The translations under genes and the position numbers were made by a program. A stretch of DNA of 64,000 nt, taken from positions 48,610,001 through 48,674,000 of the forward strand of contig NC_087437.1 in NCBI RefSeq assembly GCF_036321535.1, read 5' to 3'. This DNA comes from Camelus dromedarius. Its lineage: Eukaryota. This document shows positions 37,356-50,645 of the stretch, in pieces (position 1 is the first letter of the stretch; every line of letters begins with the position of its first letter). The notes under the pieces were generated by a model. The model did no database searches. It saw only the letters and a list, made by a program, of their open reading frames with translations, and was not told where the DNA came from.

Positions 37356-37547
37356 CTCATCTTTCAGCTGAATTCTGTTAGCTTCATGACGCTGATATTC
37401 CATTCTACATTTTAAAACTTTACGATCAGCAACAGAAATTTTTTTCTCGTACTCTGCATTATTCCCAATCTCACTTTCCAAAAACTTGATCTTTTCCTTA
37501 ACCAAATTTTCTTTTTCTCTTATTTCCTGCTTTATCCTTGCTAATGC
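37356..37547 (-). CDS. CCDC39: CCDC39 exon 7 (192 nt)
   Basis: [68 protein letters not shown]. Confidence 0.96.
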
Positions 37548-39086
37548 CTAGGATTTAAAAAATGTGTTAAATATAGTTAATATGATGAACAAAACTAAAA
37601 CTAAGAAGAATTTAGTTTTTTTAATAGTCAAAATTTATTTTACCAAAACTTCTCAGAAAATTTTTTTACAGGGAGACTATTTTATATTAATAAAGCACAA
37701 TATTAATATATTAGACAATAATACCTATAAGTTCTTATTTTTAAAGGCCTCTCTATTTTCTTTCATCCATCTGGTACTTTGCTAAAGAATAAGAAAAATA
37801 TCAACCTTTTATCAGTGGAAGATGACATCTAAAAATATAAAAGTATTGAATAGTTTTCACATAGAAAGCTGGATTTCAATATTTTCCAAATATTTCACAA
37901 GACCAGCTTTTTTCATTTTTTGAGAATAGTATTTTTGCTACTAGTTTCAATAGGAATGCCTTCACTCAGGCTTTTTGCTGGTCTTGGGAATACAAAATAA
38001 CTAGAATATACAAAGTAGTAACTGAGGTGTGGACAAAGCACTATGGGATCAAAGAGGTGATGAAGTCTACACAAGAGAAATCATTAAAAGGCATTACCTA
38101 AAAGGCTTTGCTTGAGTCAGGCCTAAAAAGATAAATGGGGCTGCATAAATCCTCTAGTGTGGTTAAAGTGTAGCAGGGGAGGGCAGGGATGGAACAGGGA
38201 TACATTAAGAAGGGGTGGGTACAGATGAAAGGGTTGGGGCTGGAAAGGTAGAAGTTAGGGCCAAACTGTCAAGAAATTCAATTTTTCAATTACCATGTTA
38301 AAGAGGGTCAACTTTTAAGCAATGTGGAACAAAGAAGATTTTAGAGTTGTGGAATTAAAAGACTATATATGGTTTTTACAGGTGATTCTGATGGCAATAT
38401 GTTAGATGAACTAGATGGAGAAGGAAAATTGACCCTAAAATATATTTCTTTCAAGTTTTCTGAAATAGGGTCCCACCAAACAACTAATCCCAGGAGACTG
38501 GTTCAGGGGAGGGGATGTGTTCTGAAATCAGTAAGTTTTAGAAATGCTGCGTGTAGTATTGTACATATTGGCATATTAAGCCAAAATATATCTGAGATGC
38601 ACTGCATTTTTAGACACATTTTAAATTTGTTTAATCTAGTATTCCCATCTCCATAACAATTAACATTCTATAATTGCAGCATTCTACATATATCTACTGT
38701 GTTCATTCAACCAAAGGACAGGTCAAAACTTCCCAAGTTTATATATGTCAAACGATTATTCTAGAATTTCCTGACTTATAATTAACTTTTCTATCACTTA
38801 ATCACATGCTTTAATATCTACTTCAAGGTTCACGTTTCTTACCGGTGTAATGTATTTACAATTGTTTTCGTATAGGTGATGCTTGTAAGTAGCATCCCAA
38901 AATGTCTACACTAGACTAGAACTATAATAGACAAATATTTTTTCCTTTCCTAAATAATGTAGAAGTTTATTCTAAGAGGCCAATTTCAGGATCATATGGT
39001 CAGATTCCTGCCAAGAAGGCACTGAGAAGGCAGGAACTATTTTGGAGGACGAAGAACAAAAGGGTCCAGTCTCAGATTAAATCCTC

Positions 39087-39216
39087 TAGTGGTGTGAAAT
39101 GGCTCTCACTGGCTCACCAGAACTGACTTACACACCTCTTCTCAACTCTGTGATCAGTGGAATCAAGTTGGTATAGAAGTAGTTTCACCAGACATCAGAA
39201 ATGCTACAAATCAGGA
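39087..39216 (+). mobile_element. MER63A-like fragment
   Basis: agtggtgtg...ctggctcaccagaactgac...ctcttctcaactctgtgatcagtg...aatgctacaaatcagg. Confidence 0.6.
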
Positions 39217-40406
39217 GCCAGTCCTTAAATACATCCCCCTACCTATGGAGCCTCTTCTTAGCACTCTCTCTAGTCTCCATCAATACACACTGCCAGATGT
39301 CACTTCATAAATAAGGAACCACTATGAACATGACCAGGGAGCTATAAGCTGTGGATTCCACCAAATCAGCAGGCTGAGTCAGTTTAGCTGCATGGTTGTA
39401 TGAGAATTCAATTATGGATCTGCGATCTTGGATCTGACACATCTGATTTACATAAAGGAAGCAATCAGGACTTGATGTTTGAAAGCAATAAAAAGTCAAG
39501 AAAAAGAAACTAACATCAGCATTAAGAATTCAAAGGATCTCATAGTTAAGATTGGTTCTTCCATGTCCCTCCTAGGGAGGCACAGGCCATCTTGCTGCTA
39601 AAATATTTATTACTTACAGAAATTTATATTAAAAGGGTAACATTTTACATATAAGTTACATATAACAAGTAAACCACATCAAGAAATCAGAATTCCAAAC
39701 TCCTAGTGCCTGAACTGCTTGCCGAATGCCTTTCCATGGAGTATATTCAGAATGGAAGTCAGCACATTGTCTCACCTGCCTTCTTTCCTCCTCAACTCCT
39801 TCTCCTTCCCAACTTTCTCCAATCTTCTCTAATTTTCACTCACCACTATTTTATTCTTTAATGATTCCCCCAAAAGTTCTCCTAAATTATCTCTGGAAGT
39901 AGCAAAAAATAACACGAGGTCTGTGTTTAATCAGAGTGGTGTTCTTCCCCTTCAGAGCTTCTAGCCCACGATGGGTGCCTCAGGTTCAGAAGGGGAAGCT
40001 GCAGTCTAGGTTTCTTTCCTACTCTCCTTCCTTCTTTATTGGCTATCCATGAGGCTCATTTCCCTACACCTGTCATTAGCACACAAATAGCACACATGTT
40101 AAATCCAAGGCACCCTGGACAACCGTGTATAAGTCAGGGCATTGGTTTTACTGCAGTAACACTATCTGTTGATTTTCTCTTGTCCCACATTTCAGAGTCT
40201 TCAGCATAATATATATTAAGTAACTAATCTTCATAAAAATCACATTTCTAAATGGATACAAAGTCAACTGTAAAAAAACATTTACCAAAACCACTGAATC
40301 ATGCTACAAAAGTGACTTTCAAATAGGGTGATTTACATTTGAAATGAATGAGTTAAATACAAAAGAGATAAATATAGCTGAACACTGCAACGACCAATTA
40401 CTTTAC

Positions 40407-40535
40407 CAAGGCACAGTTATCGATGTCTCGATCTCTCTTCTGCATCTGTTCTATTGTATTCTCCCACTGTTTAATGAGTTCTTGCCTTTCATTATGAATC
40501 TTACGAAAATCTTGTGCTGCTTTATCCAATTCTAA
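40407..40535 (-). CDS. CCDC39: CCDC39 exon 6 (129 nt)
   Basis: [47 protein letters not shown]. Confidence 0.96.
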
Positions 40536-40630
40536 CTGTCAAATAAGAGCAAATAACATTTCTGTGAATTGAAGTGCTTTTGCAAACATCACCTTGACAA
40601 CTAAGAAATAAAAATCTTTACTAAACCAAC

Positions 40631-40723
40631 CTGCACACTTAGAGTCTCTGCAAGTTCGTTGTCAAGTACCTTTCTTCTCTGATTACATTCCACAGTCAGT
40701 CTTTCTAACTGCAGGGTCAGTGC
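40631..40723 (-). CDS. CCDC39: CCDC39 exon 5 (93 nt)
   Basis: [35 protein letters not shown]; 95-nt intron to exon 6. Confidence 0.95.
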
Positions 40724-41505
40724 CTATGATGTAGTTACACACAAAAATATTCATAATTATCATTTCATTAACATAAAAGATGTTAGTATATCTCACATTA
40801 AGTGATATTATAAGTCATATTATAGTATATATATTCATTTATTTGATATCTAAAACAACTACAAAATAACATATATATATATATTCATCTTTTAACTGCA
40901 AAGTGTTGCAATGAAAACTCAATTGTTTCTAAAAAGACCTTTAGTACTTTTTAAAGTTAGAAAAGGGATTAAACAATAATTTGCCATTTACAATTATTTT
41001 AAATAATGCCTGTGGTATTAAATCTATTAGAAAATAGTATGTTTCATGATAACTAAAGTACTACCAGATTTAATTATAAGTAGATATTTAAGTAATGGTC
41101 ATAATAATATATTACATAATCTATAGCACTATGGTCTCAAATCAGCAAAAACTATCTGTAACATTCAAACTATTACACAAGAGAAGTTAAAATACTTATC
41201 CATAGTCCTAGTACAAAACTTTCTTTTCTGAAATGCTTTTGAAAAAACTTCTCAATCAGGATTCTTAACCTGAAGTCCCTAGATCCCTAAATGGTCAAAG
41301 AGCTTCAAAGGATTAGTAAAACTTGCAAAATTTTGTGAGTATTTGAGCATATTCATTTTTCTAGAGAGAGGATACCTGACTTTAATAGACCCCCAAAATT
41401 TTGAGAACTACTTTAAAATTAAAAGTCCAACTCAGATTTTAAAAATGGTTGATATTATTACAGATTCAGAGAAAATCTAGTATTTTTTAATTTACAATAT
41501 CTCAC

Positions 41506-41664
41506 CCTAATTTTATTATCATCTTGTTTTGCGTACTTCTGAAGAGTGAGGGCATCACTGTCTTTACGAGCTGATTCTTCCAGCCAGGCCTCCAATGCTT
41601 GCTGGTCCCAGTTCATTTGACATTTCAAACCATCCAATTTTTGAGTAGTTTTAAATATATAATT
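41506..41664 (-). CDS. CCDC39: CCDC39 exon 4 (159 nt)
   Basis: [60 protein letters not shown]. Confidence 0.96.
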
Positions 41665-42768
41665 CTAATTTCCAAAGAGAGGGGGCAGGGAAGATTACAA
41701 AACCTTACTTACTATACAAACTAAAATTAAACATAAGATTACATATTACAGAACATATTTAAAAGAAGAAAGAAACCCCGTCCCTGTCCCTGATCTCCAG
41801 ATGTATATAACATACCATATTTAATTGTGTAACTATCATACTTATATTTTAGTTCTTAAGTTGTGAAATAGAGGGGAGATGATTACACAAAGTTGAGAAC
41901 AGTAGTTGAACCAAAGTTTGCTTAGAAAGGCTTTAGGGTAGCTCCTCTAGAGCAATCTCATAAGTCACTTCACCAAAGCCACGACAAGTAGGTACATAAT
42001 CTTAGTAAAAATAACGTGCTTGATATGCTAACTCAAACCCAAGACAAGTCCCTTTCAGCCCCATTTCCAACCAGATTGCTGCCTCTAAAAGGCCTCTTAT
42101 CTAATTGAAATAAATGTAGTAGTTAAAGAGATAAACTATTTCTGTCAATGTATTCATTTAACAAATCTAGATTCATAAAAAAAAATAGGTCAATATGCAA
42201 AAATTAATATAATAAGATATTTATGTATGTGTATGTATACATATATATACATTTTGTAAAGAGAAGAAAATCAAATTTGCATATGTAAAGAGAAGAAATC
42301 AAATTTGGAAAGACCTCCCAATTAGGTAATTAAAAACTAAGGAAAAGAGAAAAATAGGTTATGGTAGTTTAATATTAGAGTTACAAGCTGGTAATATGAA
42401 AGGTAAAAATTTTAACTGAAAAAGAATTCTAAAATAAGTGATTTTTTAATGTAGCTTTAAAAAATGTAGCATTTATAAATAAATTATGCCTAATATGGCA
42501 TAACAGGCGGCCAGCATGGTACTTTGCACATAATAAGGCTCAATGAGTATTTGGTAAATGAAAATTGTGAAAATAAATGTAATATTCTGTCATTGTTGAT
42601 TCAAATCACAGCTCCATGTGACTTCCACTGTCCATAAAACAACATAAGTGGATGTCAGGAAACTAATGAATGCCTTTGCCATACAGAAAAAAAAAAAAAA
42701 ATCGATGTTTATTGGGTGAGAGAAGAAGGAACAATAGCACAAAATTTAAGTAACATTTTGAAACATAC

Positions 42769-42915
42769 TTCCTTATCACTTTTCTTTTCCCGTATTGAAG
42801 CCATCTCATTTTCCAGTCGCTGAACTTCACCCTTCACTCGTCCCAGTTCTCTTTCAGCAATAATCTTAAAATGTTCTTCGCTTTCAATCTCATGCTCCCT
42901 GGCTTTACAAAGAGA
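42769..42915 (-). CDS. CCDC39: CCDC39 exon 3 (147 nt)
   Basis: [57 protein letters not shown]. Confidence 0.96.
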
Positions 42916-44564
42916 CTACAGAATAATATACAGGACAGAAAGACTTTTAAAGTTTTAATATTATAAAATATTTATAATAATCCATTAAACAAAAAGATAA
43001 TAAAGTTCCTACAAAATGTATAGATTAAGTGCTATTAATTCCACTTCTCTGAAACCCACACCACATCAGACTTCGTGATTCAGTGTGGTCATTGTTGCTT
43101 ACTAGTTGTAAAAAAGTCAGTTTGTGGAATGTGCTGGGAAAAAAATGTCAGCAATTTTCAGATACTATGTTGGTCTAGGGAAACTGCAGGAAAACAAAGT
43201 ATATAAAGATGAGACCTGAAAAGATAATTCACTTATCTAAAAATAAAAATGAAATTGATTAAAAAATACTTAGGAAATAAAATGTATGAATTGATCTCAC
43301 ATTCTAATTAGCAAACATAATTTTTAAATAATTTTGTAAACACTTATGGTTGTAAATATTTCCTAGAATATATTAATATACAACAATGCTTTTGTGTTAA
43401 GTTTTACTTAAAAAAATTGTATTTGTTGACTACTGATCTTGTAGGGCTTCAAAGTTATTACCATCAGTATTATTTTTACATTATTAAAGCTGTTACTGTT
43501 GTAGGAAGTCTATCATCTTTTGTCTCTATAATCCTGTTTAACTGAGGTTTGACTATAATGAAATATACCTAACGAGAATCTCTGTCTCTCAAATCCCCAA
43601 CTCAGTGGTTTAACAACTTGAGGAAAAGATGTTATTCCAAGCCATTTTTAATTACTAAATCACATCAGGATTAAAAAATCCTGAGATTGTTTTTTTAAAG
43701 GTCATTAAATTTATAACTTTAAATAAGACTTTAAAAACCATAAAAGTTATTTATCTATATTAATTATAAATTATTATTAAAAACACAACTTTATTTTCAA
43801 GAATTACACAATTCTTCAAAGAAAAGTAGATGTATTTTTTAAAAAATAGTTTGAGATGGAAGTTAGAAAACTCTCCAATGCTTACTTGCAGAGCTGTCTG
43901 ATTTCCTGGGCAGCAACAAAGAAAGAGCTTCTACACATGAACAGATTATCCATAAAACAGATGCTTACTTAATTAATCACTCTAAGTTTTAATTTATATT
44001 ATTTGTATTAATATTTCTAAAATGCATTATACTTTCCCCAGTTACCTTAAATAGTTTCCTAAATATAATTTAACCTTTCTGTTATCTCAGGATTGTCATT
44101 ATAAATTTCAATTCTTAAACCATGTTAAAATACCGTGGTGTCCTAAGAGCTACTCAAGTGTGTGGACTCTGCCTCCACACAAAATGGCCCCAGGGGATTA
44201 TGCTGAAAAATTTAAATGTAGACAAAAAATGTATTTCGTGTTATATTAGGTCTTTTCCCACTTAAAGCCATCATTGCTCACTACCATCACTGTACCTTTT
44301 CATATAATCTGCTGCCTAGTATTATATCAGACTATATGAATGATGATTTCTCATTCAATGAATTAATTATTCCATGAACTTGGTGATATCCTAAAAGTAT
44401 TTTTTTCTACCTACTTTCAGGTTCAAGGCTATGTTCATAATCATTTAGTTATGCTAAAGTTTTCTTTTATATCTCTAAAACCAAATCATAGATGTAAATG
44501 TAATGTGAAATGTTCCATGATTATACATGATATATAATCAATGTGGATTTCAACATTATTATAC

Positions 44565-44684
44565 CTGTGTAAATAAGAACTCTTGTTTGACATTCTTGAA
44601 ATGAGAAGTCATAGCATTAATTCGATCTTCATAGTCACGTTGCTGATCTTGCAAGCTTGACTTTTCATTCTGCAGCTTTGACAA
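44565..44684 (-). CDS. CCDC39: CCDC39 exon 2 (120 nt)
   Basis: [44 protein letters not shown]. Confidence 0.95.
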
Positions 44685-45524
44685 CTGTAAATATTAAGTG
44701 CTATGATTAACCAAAGTCCTACTAAGTTTTTACCATATTAAAAGATCTAAAATCAAAAGAAAATTAAATCTTCATTTATTTGCTTGTTTCAATAGCCATT
44801 TGAACTTCTAAAATCTACTGATCTTTTAAGTCTTGTAAAATAGTATTGTGATTTAGAGATTACTGTGGGAAAATTAGCACCATATTAAAAGAGAATAGAA
44901 ATCTCTCAAATTTACAGCTTTAGCAGGGTCATTGCTAAAATGCTTTTTTTCATACAGCAGTAATTAAACGGAGGAAATGAGATTCTATTCCATAATTATA
45001 TCACAAGATAGCTAAAGCAAACAAAAGCATAGCAACAAGATGAAATACAAACAGAGCATGAACCATAAACTTGAAAAGTAGCTGAACACCAGGCATAATA
45101 GCTTCTCCCTAAACTCCTATTCAAAACCAGTAGACTTAGGCTAACCTTAACACAACAGAATAACTCCCATTTGCTTACTACCTATTTTCTACTGTATTTT
45201 GTGTCTTTGAATTAGAACCTCGAGTAGAAACAAAACATTGTAAATTCAAAGCAAACAAACAAACTTTAGTAAATTACAACATAAATTCTCAGGACCATTA
45301 GAATATGTCATCCCTCAAAGCAATGTAAAAGCTCAACAATACAAAAATATGCTTCCTTAGAGTCTTGAGCTGCGGTTCCCAAAATTGGGGTTACAACTCA
45401 GGAGGTGCACAACACCATCCACTGAAGTGCAGAAGAAATATTTGAATATTTAATTTAAAAAGAAATAAATAAATACTAATTTAATCATTTGTTATGTCCT
45501 TTATTTTATTAAACTTACTAAATA

Positions 45525-45840
45525 TAGTTGACCCTTGAACAACACGGGTTTGAACTATAGGTCCACTTATTCCTGGATTTTTTTTCAATAAATATAGTAC
45601 CTATATTTTCATTTTACAGATCTTTAACTAAGTGTGGGGAAAAGTCTATGTTCAACTAAAGATCACAATATGTGGAATCAAAAGAACTAGGGTTTGAGTC
45701 CTGATTCTATCCAAACTGTTTCACAGCTTCCTGTCCTTGGGTGAGTCACTTATCAGTTCCTGATTCTTGAGGCAGAGATAGCAGTACTCAAATCTGAGGG
45801 GACTAGCGCCCCTAACGCTCGCACTGTTCAAGGTCAACTG
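45525..45840. mobile_element. Tigger2-derived MITE (TcMar-Tigger)
   Basis: TIRs tagttgacccttgaaca... / ...tgttcaaggtcaactg flanked by TA dinucleotides (45523-45524, 45841-45842). Confidence 0.88.
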
Positions 45841-45958
45841 TAATAATAAATGTGTATTTTTTGCTTTTTATTTCATTAATTTCAGTTTTTATTTTAACTT
45901 TTATTTTTTTTAATTTATTAGAGGAGATCTTCATTTCTTTACTTTTTGTCTTACTGAT

Positions 45959-46336
45959 TTTCATGAACTAAATGTTTATGTCACCCTCAAACTCATATAT
46001 TGAAGCCCTAACTCCCAATGTGATGTTATCTGGAGGTGGGGCCTTTGGGAGGTAGATAGATTTAAATTAGGACATGAAGATAGGACCCTCATGATGGGAT
46101 TAGTGTCCTTATAAGAAGAGGAAGAGATACCAGAGCTCACTCTTTCTCTGCCACGTAAGAACACAGCTAGAAGGCAGCCATCTACAAGTCAGGAAGAGGG
46201 CTCTCATCAGTATCCAATCATGGTGGCAGCCTGATCTCAACTTCCAGCCTTCAGAATTGTGAGAACTAAATGTTTGTTTTTTTGAAGTCACTCAGTCTAT
46301 GTTATTCTTATATAGCAATCCAAGCTGACTAAGACA
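45959..46336 (+). mobile_element. MLT1A-type solo LTR
   Basis: ttgaagccctaactcccaatgtgatg...ggtggggcctttgggagg...gctgactaagaca; 5-bp TSD ctgat at 45954-45958 and 46337-46341. Confidence 0.88.
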
Positions 46337-46524
46337 CTGATTTAAAAATGAAGGCATTTAAGACAGTAAGTTTTATCTAAGACAGATTTTTTGTTCTTAC
46401 CCACGGAAGTGGATATGAAGCAGTCTTCTTTTATTGTTTTCTAAAAGATGACCTTTTCCTTTCAATTTCTTTCTGCTATCCAGGAATATATTCCTGAGAA
46501 ACTTACCTAAGAATTTAAGATTGA

Positions 46525-46916
46525 TGTCTTAGTCAACTTTCATAACAAAATACCATAGACTGGGTGGCAGAAACAACAGAAATTTATTTCTCACAGTTCT
46601 GGAGGATGGGAGGGCCAAGATCCAGGTGCCAGCGAATTCAATTCCGGAGAAATGTCTCTTCCTGACTTGCAGATGACTGCCTTCTCACTGTGTCCTCACA
46701 TGGCAGAGAGAAAGAGCCCTGGTCTCTCTTCCTCTCCTTATAAGGACACTATTCCCATCATGGGGGCCCCACCATCAAGACCTCATCTAAACCTAATTAC
46801 CTCCCAAAGGCCCCACCTCTAAATACCATCACATTGGGGATTAGGGCTTCAACATGAATTTGGTGGCTGGGAAAGGGCTAAGTGGATGGGAACACACAAA
46901 CATTCAGTCCATAATA
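46525..46916 (-). mobile_element. MLT1A-type solo LTR, reverse orientation
   Basis: tgtcttagtc...ctcacagttctggagg...ctcccaaaggccccacctc...cattcagtccata; candidate TSD attga/atgga. Confidence 0.88.
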
Positions 46917-47002
46917 ATGGAGGATAATTTTTTAAATGGTTTATTATAAATTCTATTGGTTTATGATCAGGGAATCAACCTATAAAATTTCTATCACTCA
47001 TT

Positions 47003-47345
47003 TTTTAATTGTGGTAAAATATATATATATATATAACATAAAATTTACCATTTTAACCATTTTTCAGCATATATTAAATACAGTGTCATTAAACATATGC
47101 ACATGTTATGCAACCATCAGCACCATCCATTTCCAGAAATTTTTCATCTTCCCAAACTGAAACTCTGTACTTATTAAACACTAATTCACCATTTCCCTTC
47201 TCCTCAGCCCCGGGAAATCACCATTCTACTTTGTGTCTCTATGAATTTGACTCTTCTAGGTTATCTCATACAAGTGGAACCATACAATATTTGTCCTTCT
47301 GTGTCCAGCTTATTTCACTTAGCATGATGTTTTTAAAGTTTATTA
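47003..47345 (-). mobile_element. L1MA/MB 3' end, reverse
   Basis: ttttaattgtggtaaaat...aaaatttaccattttaaccatttt...caccattctactttgtgtctctatgaatttgact. Confidence 0.85.
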
Positions 47346-47911
47346 CTCCCTTTTAATGTTTTAAGGTTTTTATTCTGTTATAGTAAATGATCTACTTTTG
47401 TAAATGTTTTATGAACATATTCTATGTAAGGGATATATGCTCTCTATGCTTTTATTTTTACTGTATTATTTATATCCTTCATATCTTTATTTTTGTCTAT
47501 TAGAGCTGTCTAATTCTGAGGAAGTCAATATTGAAGTATCCCAGTATATCAAGGTCAAGATCTACTTGCATTTTTAATAGTTTGCACTTTTATATACTTA
47601 GCTGTTGTGTTGTTTGGTACTTTAACTTTTATTTTCTTTATCGATTATGACTTTTATCATTGCATAATAAACCCAGAGCAAAAGCATCTGCTTTTTAATG
47701 AAAGTATAATGATTAACTCTCCACAAGTTGATAATTCTTCTCTCATAGTTTCCAAACAATATTTTATTGCCTCTTTCTTAAATATAAAGAACATGCAAGG
47801 ACCACCAGATATTTACTGAAAACTTACATAATATAAGGGATATCAAGATAAACAAACAAAAAGATCCCAAAGGAAACAGATAATTCAGGACAAAAAAGAA
47901 AAGTACTAAAT

Positions 47912-47939
<28 letters not shown>
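47912..47939. repeat. (CA)n microsatellite
   Basis: Seen directly. Confidence 0.95.
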
Positions 47940-47942
<3 letters not shown>

Positions 47943-48089
47943 TACAGACACGGACACACATACATAGATGATAAATGATAAATGATATTGTATTCCTAAA
48001 ACAAGGCCATGTACTACAAAAAAGCAACAAGCAAATAACCTGAAAATTCAAAATATGATTAATATAGTTGCCAAACTAAAAACTGCTAC

Positions 48090-48400
48090 ATAAAGATGAA
48101 ACAAAACCCTAAAAGCTTACAGAGATTAAAAAAGTAACCTACAAAAAATGGAAATCATTTTAATATCAGATTACTCACCAACAACACTGCTGGAAAATAA
48201 AAGGACAATACTTTCCAAATTCTGTGGAGAATTTATTTTTAACCCATAATCTTCTACCCAGCCAAAGTACCATCAAACATGAGAATAAATAAAAACATTT
48301 TCAGATTCAGAGTGTTCACTTCCCATAGACTCTTCTTTAAAGAGACACAAAGTATTTCATCAAAATAAGGGAATAATCCAAGCTAAAAAGAAGATAATGT
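48090..48400 (+). mobile_element. Ancient L1M/HAL1 ORF1 remnant
   Basis: atcagattactcaccaacaacact...ttctacccagccaaagtaccatcaa...aaaaacattttcaga; boundaries approximate. Confidence 0.55.
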
Positions 48401-50555
48401 GATGTAGGAAATAGAGCATCGACCCAGTAAAGGAATAAAGTGAATTCTTAAGTTAACAGTTGGAGGTATGCCTGTGGAAAAACAGTCCATACTGGAAAAC
48501 ACAAGACTCCAGAAGGAAGGAGTTGGGGTTGGAGGGGTGAGAGAAAGTATTTGATACTATGATTTAAGGAACAGAAACTCAAAGCGGGCAATGCAAGGAA
48601 CCAGACTGGCAAGCAAGGATATGAGAAATTAAAAACACAGTAATTATGGGCCCTTCTTGAAACAGCAATTTGTGGATAGTACCCAACTAATCAAAAGATG
48701 AATCGAAGTGAAAAATTTAAAAAAAAGATAAACTGAGCAAAAGTGGCTGCATTAAGGACCATTAAATCATCTTAAATACACAACTAAGACAAAACACTTG
48801 TAATAAATTAAGAACATTGAATAGACTGAAAATCAAATAATGTAATATAAACATAATAAAACCACCAGTTTTTAATGGGGAAAAGAAGGTGGCAGAAAGT
48901 GTTAAGAGAGTTAATTTCCTCATTTTGAAGACAAAAGGTGAAAGAGCAGGGAGTCAACCCATACTGTCTACAATTGAAGCAAATAATTTTTAATAAACAA
49001 TTAATTTAACCATTTCATTTTTTCTTACTTAGTTTTTCTTAGTATTAAAGAAGCTTTTTAGCAACCACTCTCTCTTGTAATTAAGTAACACTCACTGAAT
49101 TTCTTCTCTTAAATACAAGTAAAATATACAGTAGGATCCCATATTTATAATACTCCTGTCTTTTCTAACTATATACCTGTAGACCATGATGTCTTGGATA
49201 TTTGTTTAAGGCCACAATAGCCACTTTTATGAGCAACAGTGGGTTTTGGGGGGAGGGAATATCATGTATTTTTATATTTTATATCCTTCTGTTCTGCTTG
49301 AATATATTAAACTTTCAAGAGTTGCTTTTTTTAAATATCAGAGTTTATTCAGCTGAAGTGATTATGGTCCTCATTATTCTTTTTATTGCTCTTTAATATT
49401 TTTCAAAATAGCTAATATAAGTCATATGTATATAAAATCCTGAGACAAACAGTATGACAATAATACCAAAAACTAACATTTAAATGGAACTTTAACCTAT
49501 ATTAATGTCCTTAGAGCTGTATAACAACACTGTGAGATAATTATTTTACTTATTACAGTTTAAGTAGAAGAAATAGACAAAGTGCTAAGTGGTATCTGAA
49601 CAGCACTTCTTGATATTCCTCAGTACTCAGTGATATATTTATTTCCTAATGTTGCTCTTCACTGAAAAATACAAAAATCAAAAACTGAAGCCATCTAAAT
49701 TAGACGGAAGTAAGTAAGTCAGAATATTTTGAAAAAAGTTTTCCAAAACACAGAGTGGGGGATTTTCATTTTCATTTCTCAGAGGAGAGAAGACCTTCTT
49801 TTCCATTCTCTAAAGTAGTGTAAACATCATCTGTTCTCCGACCCTCTTCCATACAACACATTGCCATGTGGTGGAACTTTAGACTGGCTGCTAAAGGTTT
49901 TTAAAAGTTTCCTGAGCTGGCTGCAAGTTTATTTTTATAACTACCATGCTTTGTTTGCAAGCTGCTGTAAAATATTCCTTACAACGTAAAATATTTTATA
50001 TTGTTCTGTGACAACTTAATCCTCACTTTGAAAAGCTGTAAACTGCACATTTTACGTTCTTACTAGAACATCCCTCTTGAAAACATTTCTTCAAGTCACC
50101 TTAACTTTAAACATCATACGCCGAAACTCAAAAAGAAATGTCAACCACAACGTATTTTGTTTACAAGCATCCCCAAATAGCTGATGCCACGCAAATCTCA
50201 GAAGTCCCTTTGCAAACCGCGCTTAATTCTGAGGAAGAAAAAAGAGGGCGCGGGAACAGTCTTTACTGCTCAGGAGGCTGGAAATGAGTACATGGAGTGG
50301 AAGAGGAGGAAAGAATACAGATTCAGGCTTTATAGTCGTGAATATCAATTACCGTTTCTGTTGTTTGCTTGTTTTTATGCTTAGCAAGTACCGAAAAGGG
50401 CGAGCAGGTGTGGAAGGAGATGGTGCCGAGAAGAGGTAGACAGAAAAGATGAGATTAAGGAAGGAACAGAGAGAAATAAAAGGGTTGTATTTCTACAAAC
50501 CAGAAAACGTCCCTCCAAAACCCCCCATCCCCCGCCTTCTTCACCTGATCCTCAC

Positions 50556-50645
50556 CTGGTCTTCCAGTATCTTGTTCTCCTCATTCGCCACCGGGATGGC
50601 GAACCCATCCTCCCAATGCAGCTCCGCCAGAAATTCACTACTCAT
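50556..50645 (-). CDS. CCDC39: CCDC39 exon 1, coding part (90 nt); coiled-coil domain-containing protein 39 (axonemal ruler subunit)
   Basis: ATG at 50643-50645 in context [39 protein letters not shown] then donor GTGAG. Confidence 0.97.

Noticed and set aside
42255..42307. ~29-bp tandem duplication (also short direct repeats at 5134-5188 and 8135-8183) as CRISPR-like or functional arrays
   Set aside because: Only two or three copies, with no regular spacer structure; these look like ordinary slippage duplications in mammalian introns.
4190..50645. CCDC39 pseudogenisation or non-canonical introns
   Set aside because: All 19 introns are GT-AG, phases are consistent, I met no in-frame stops, and the CDS totals 2826 nt.
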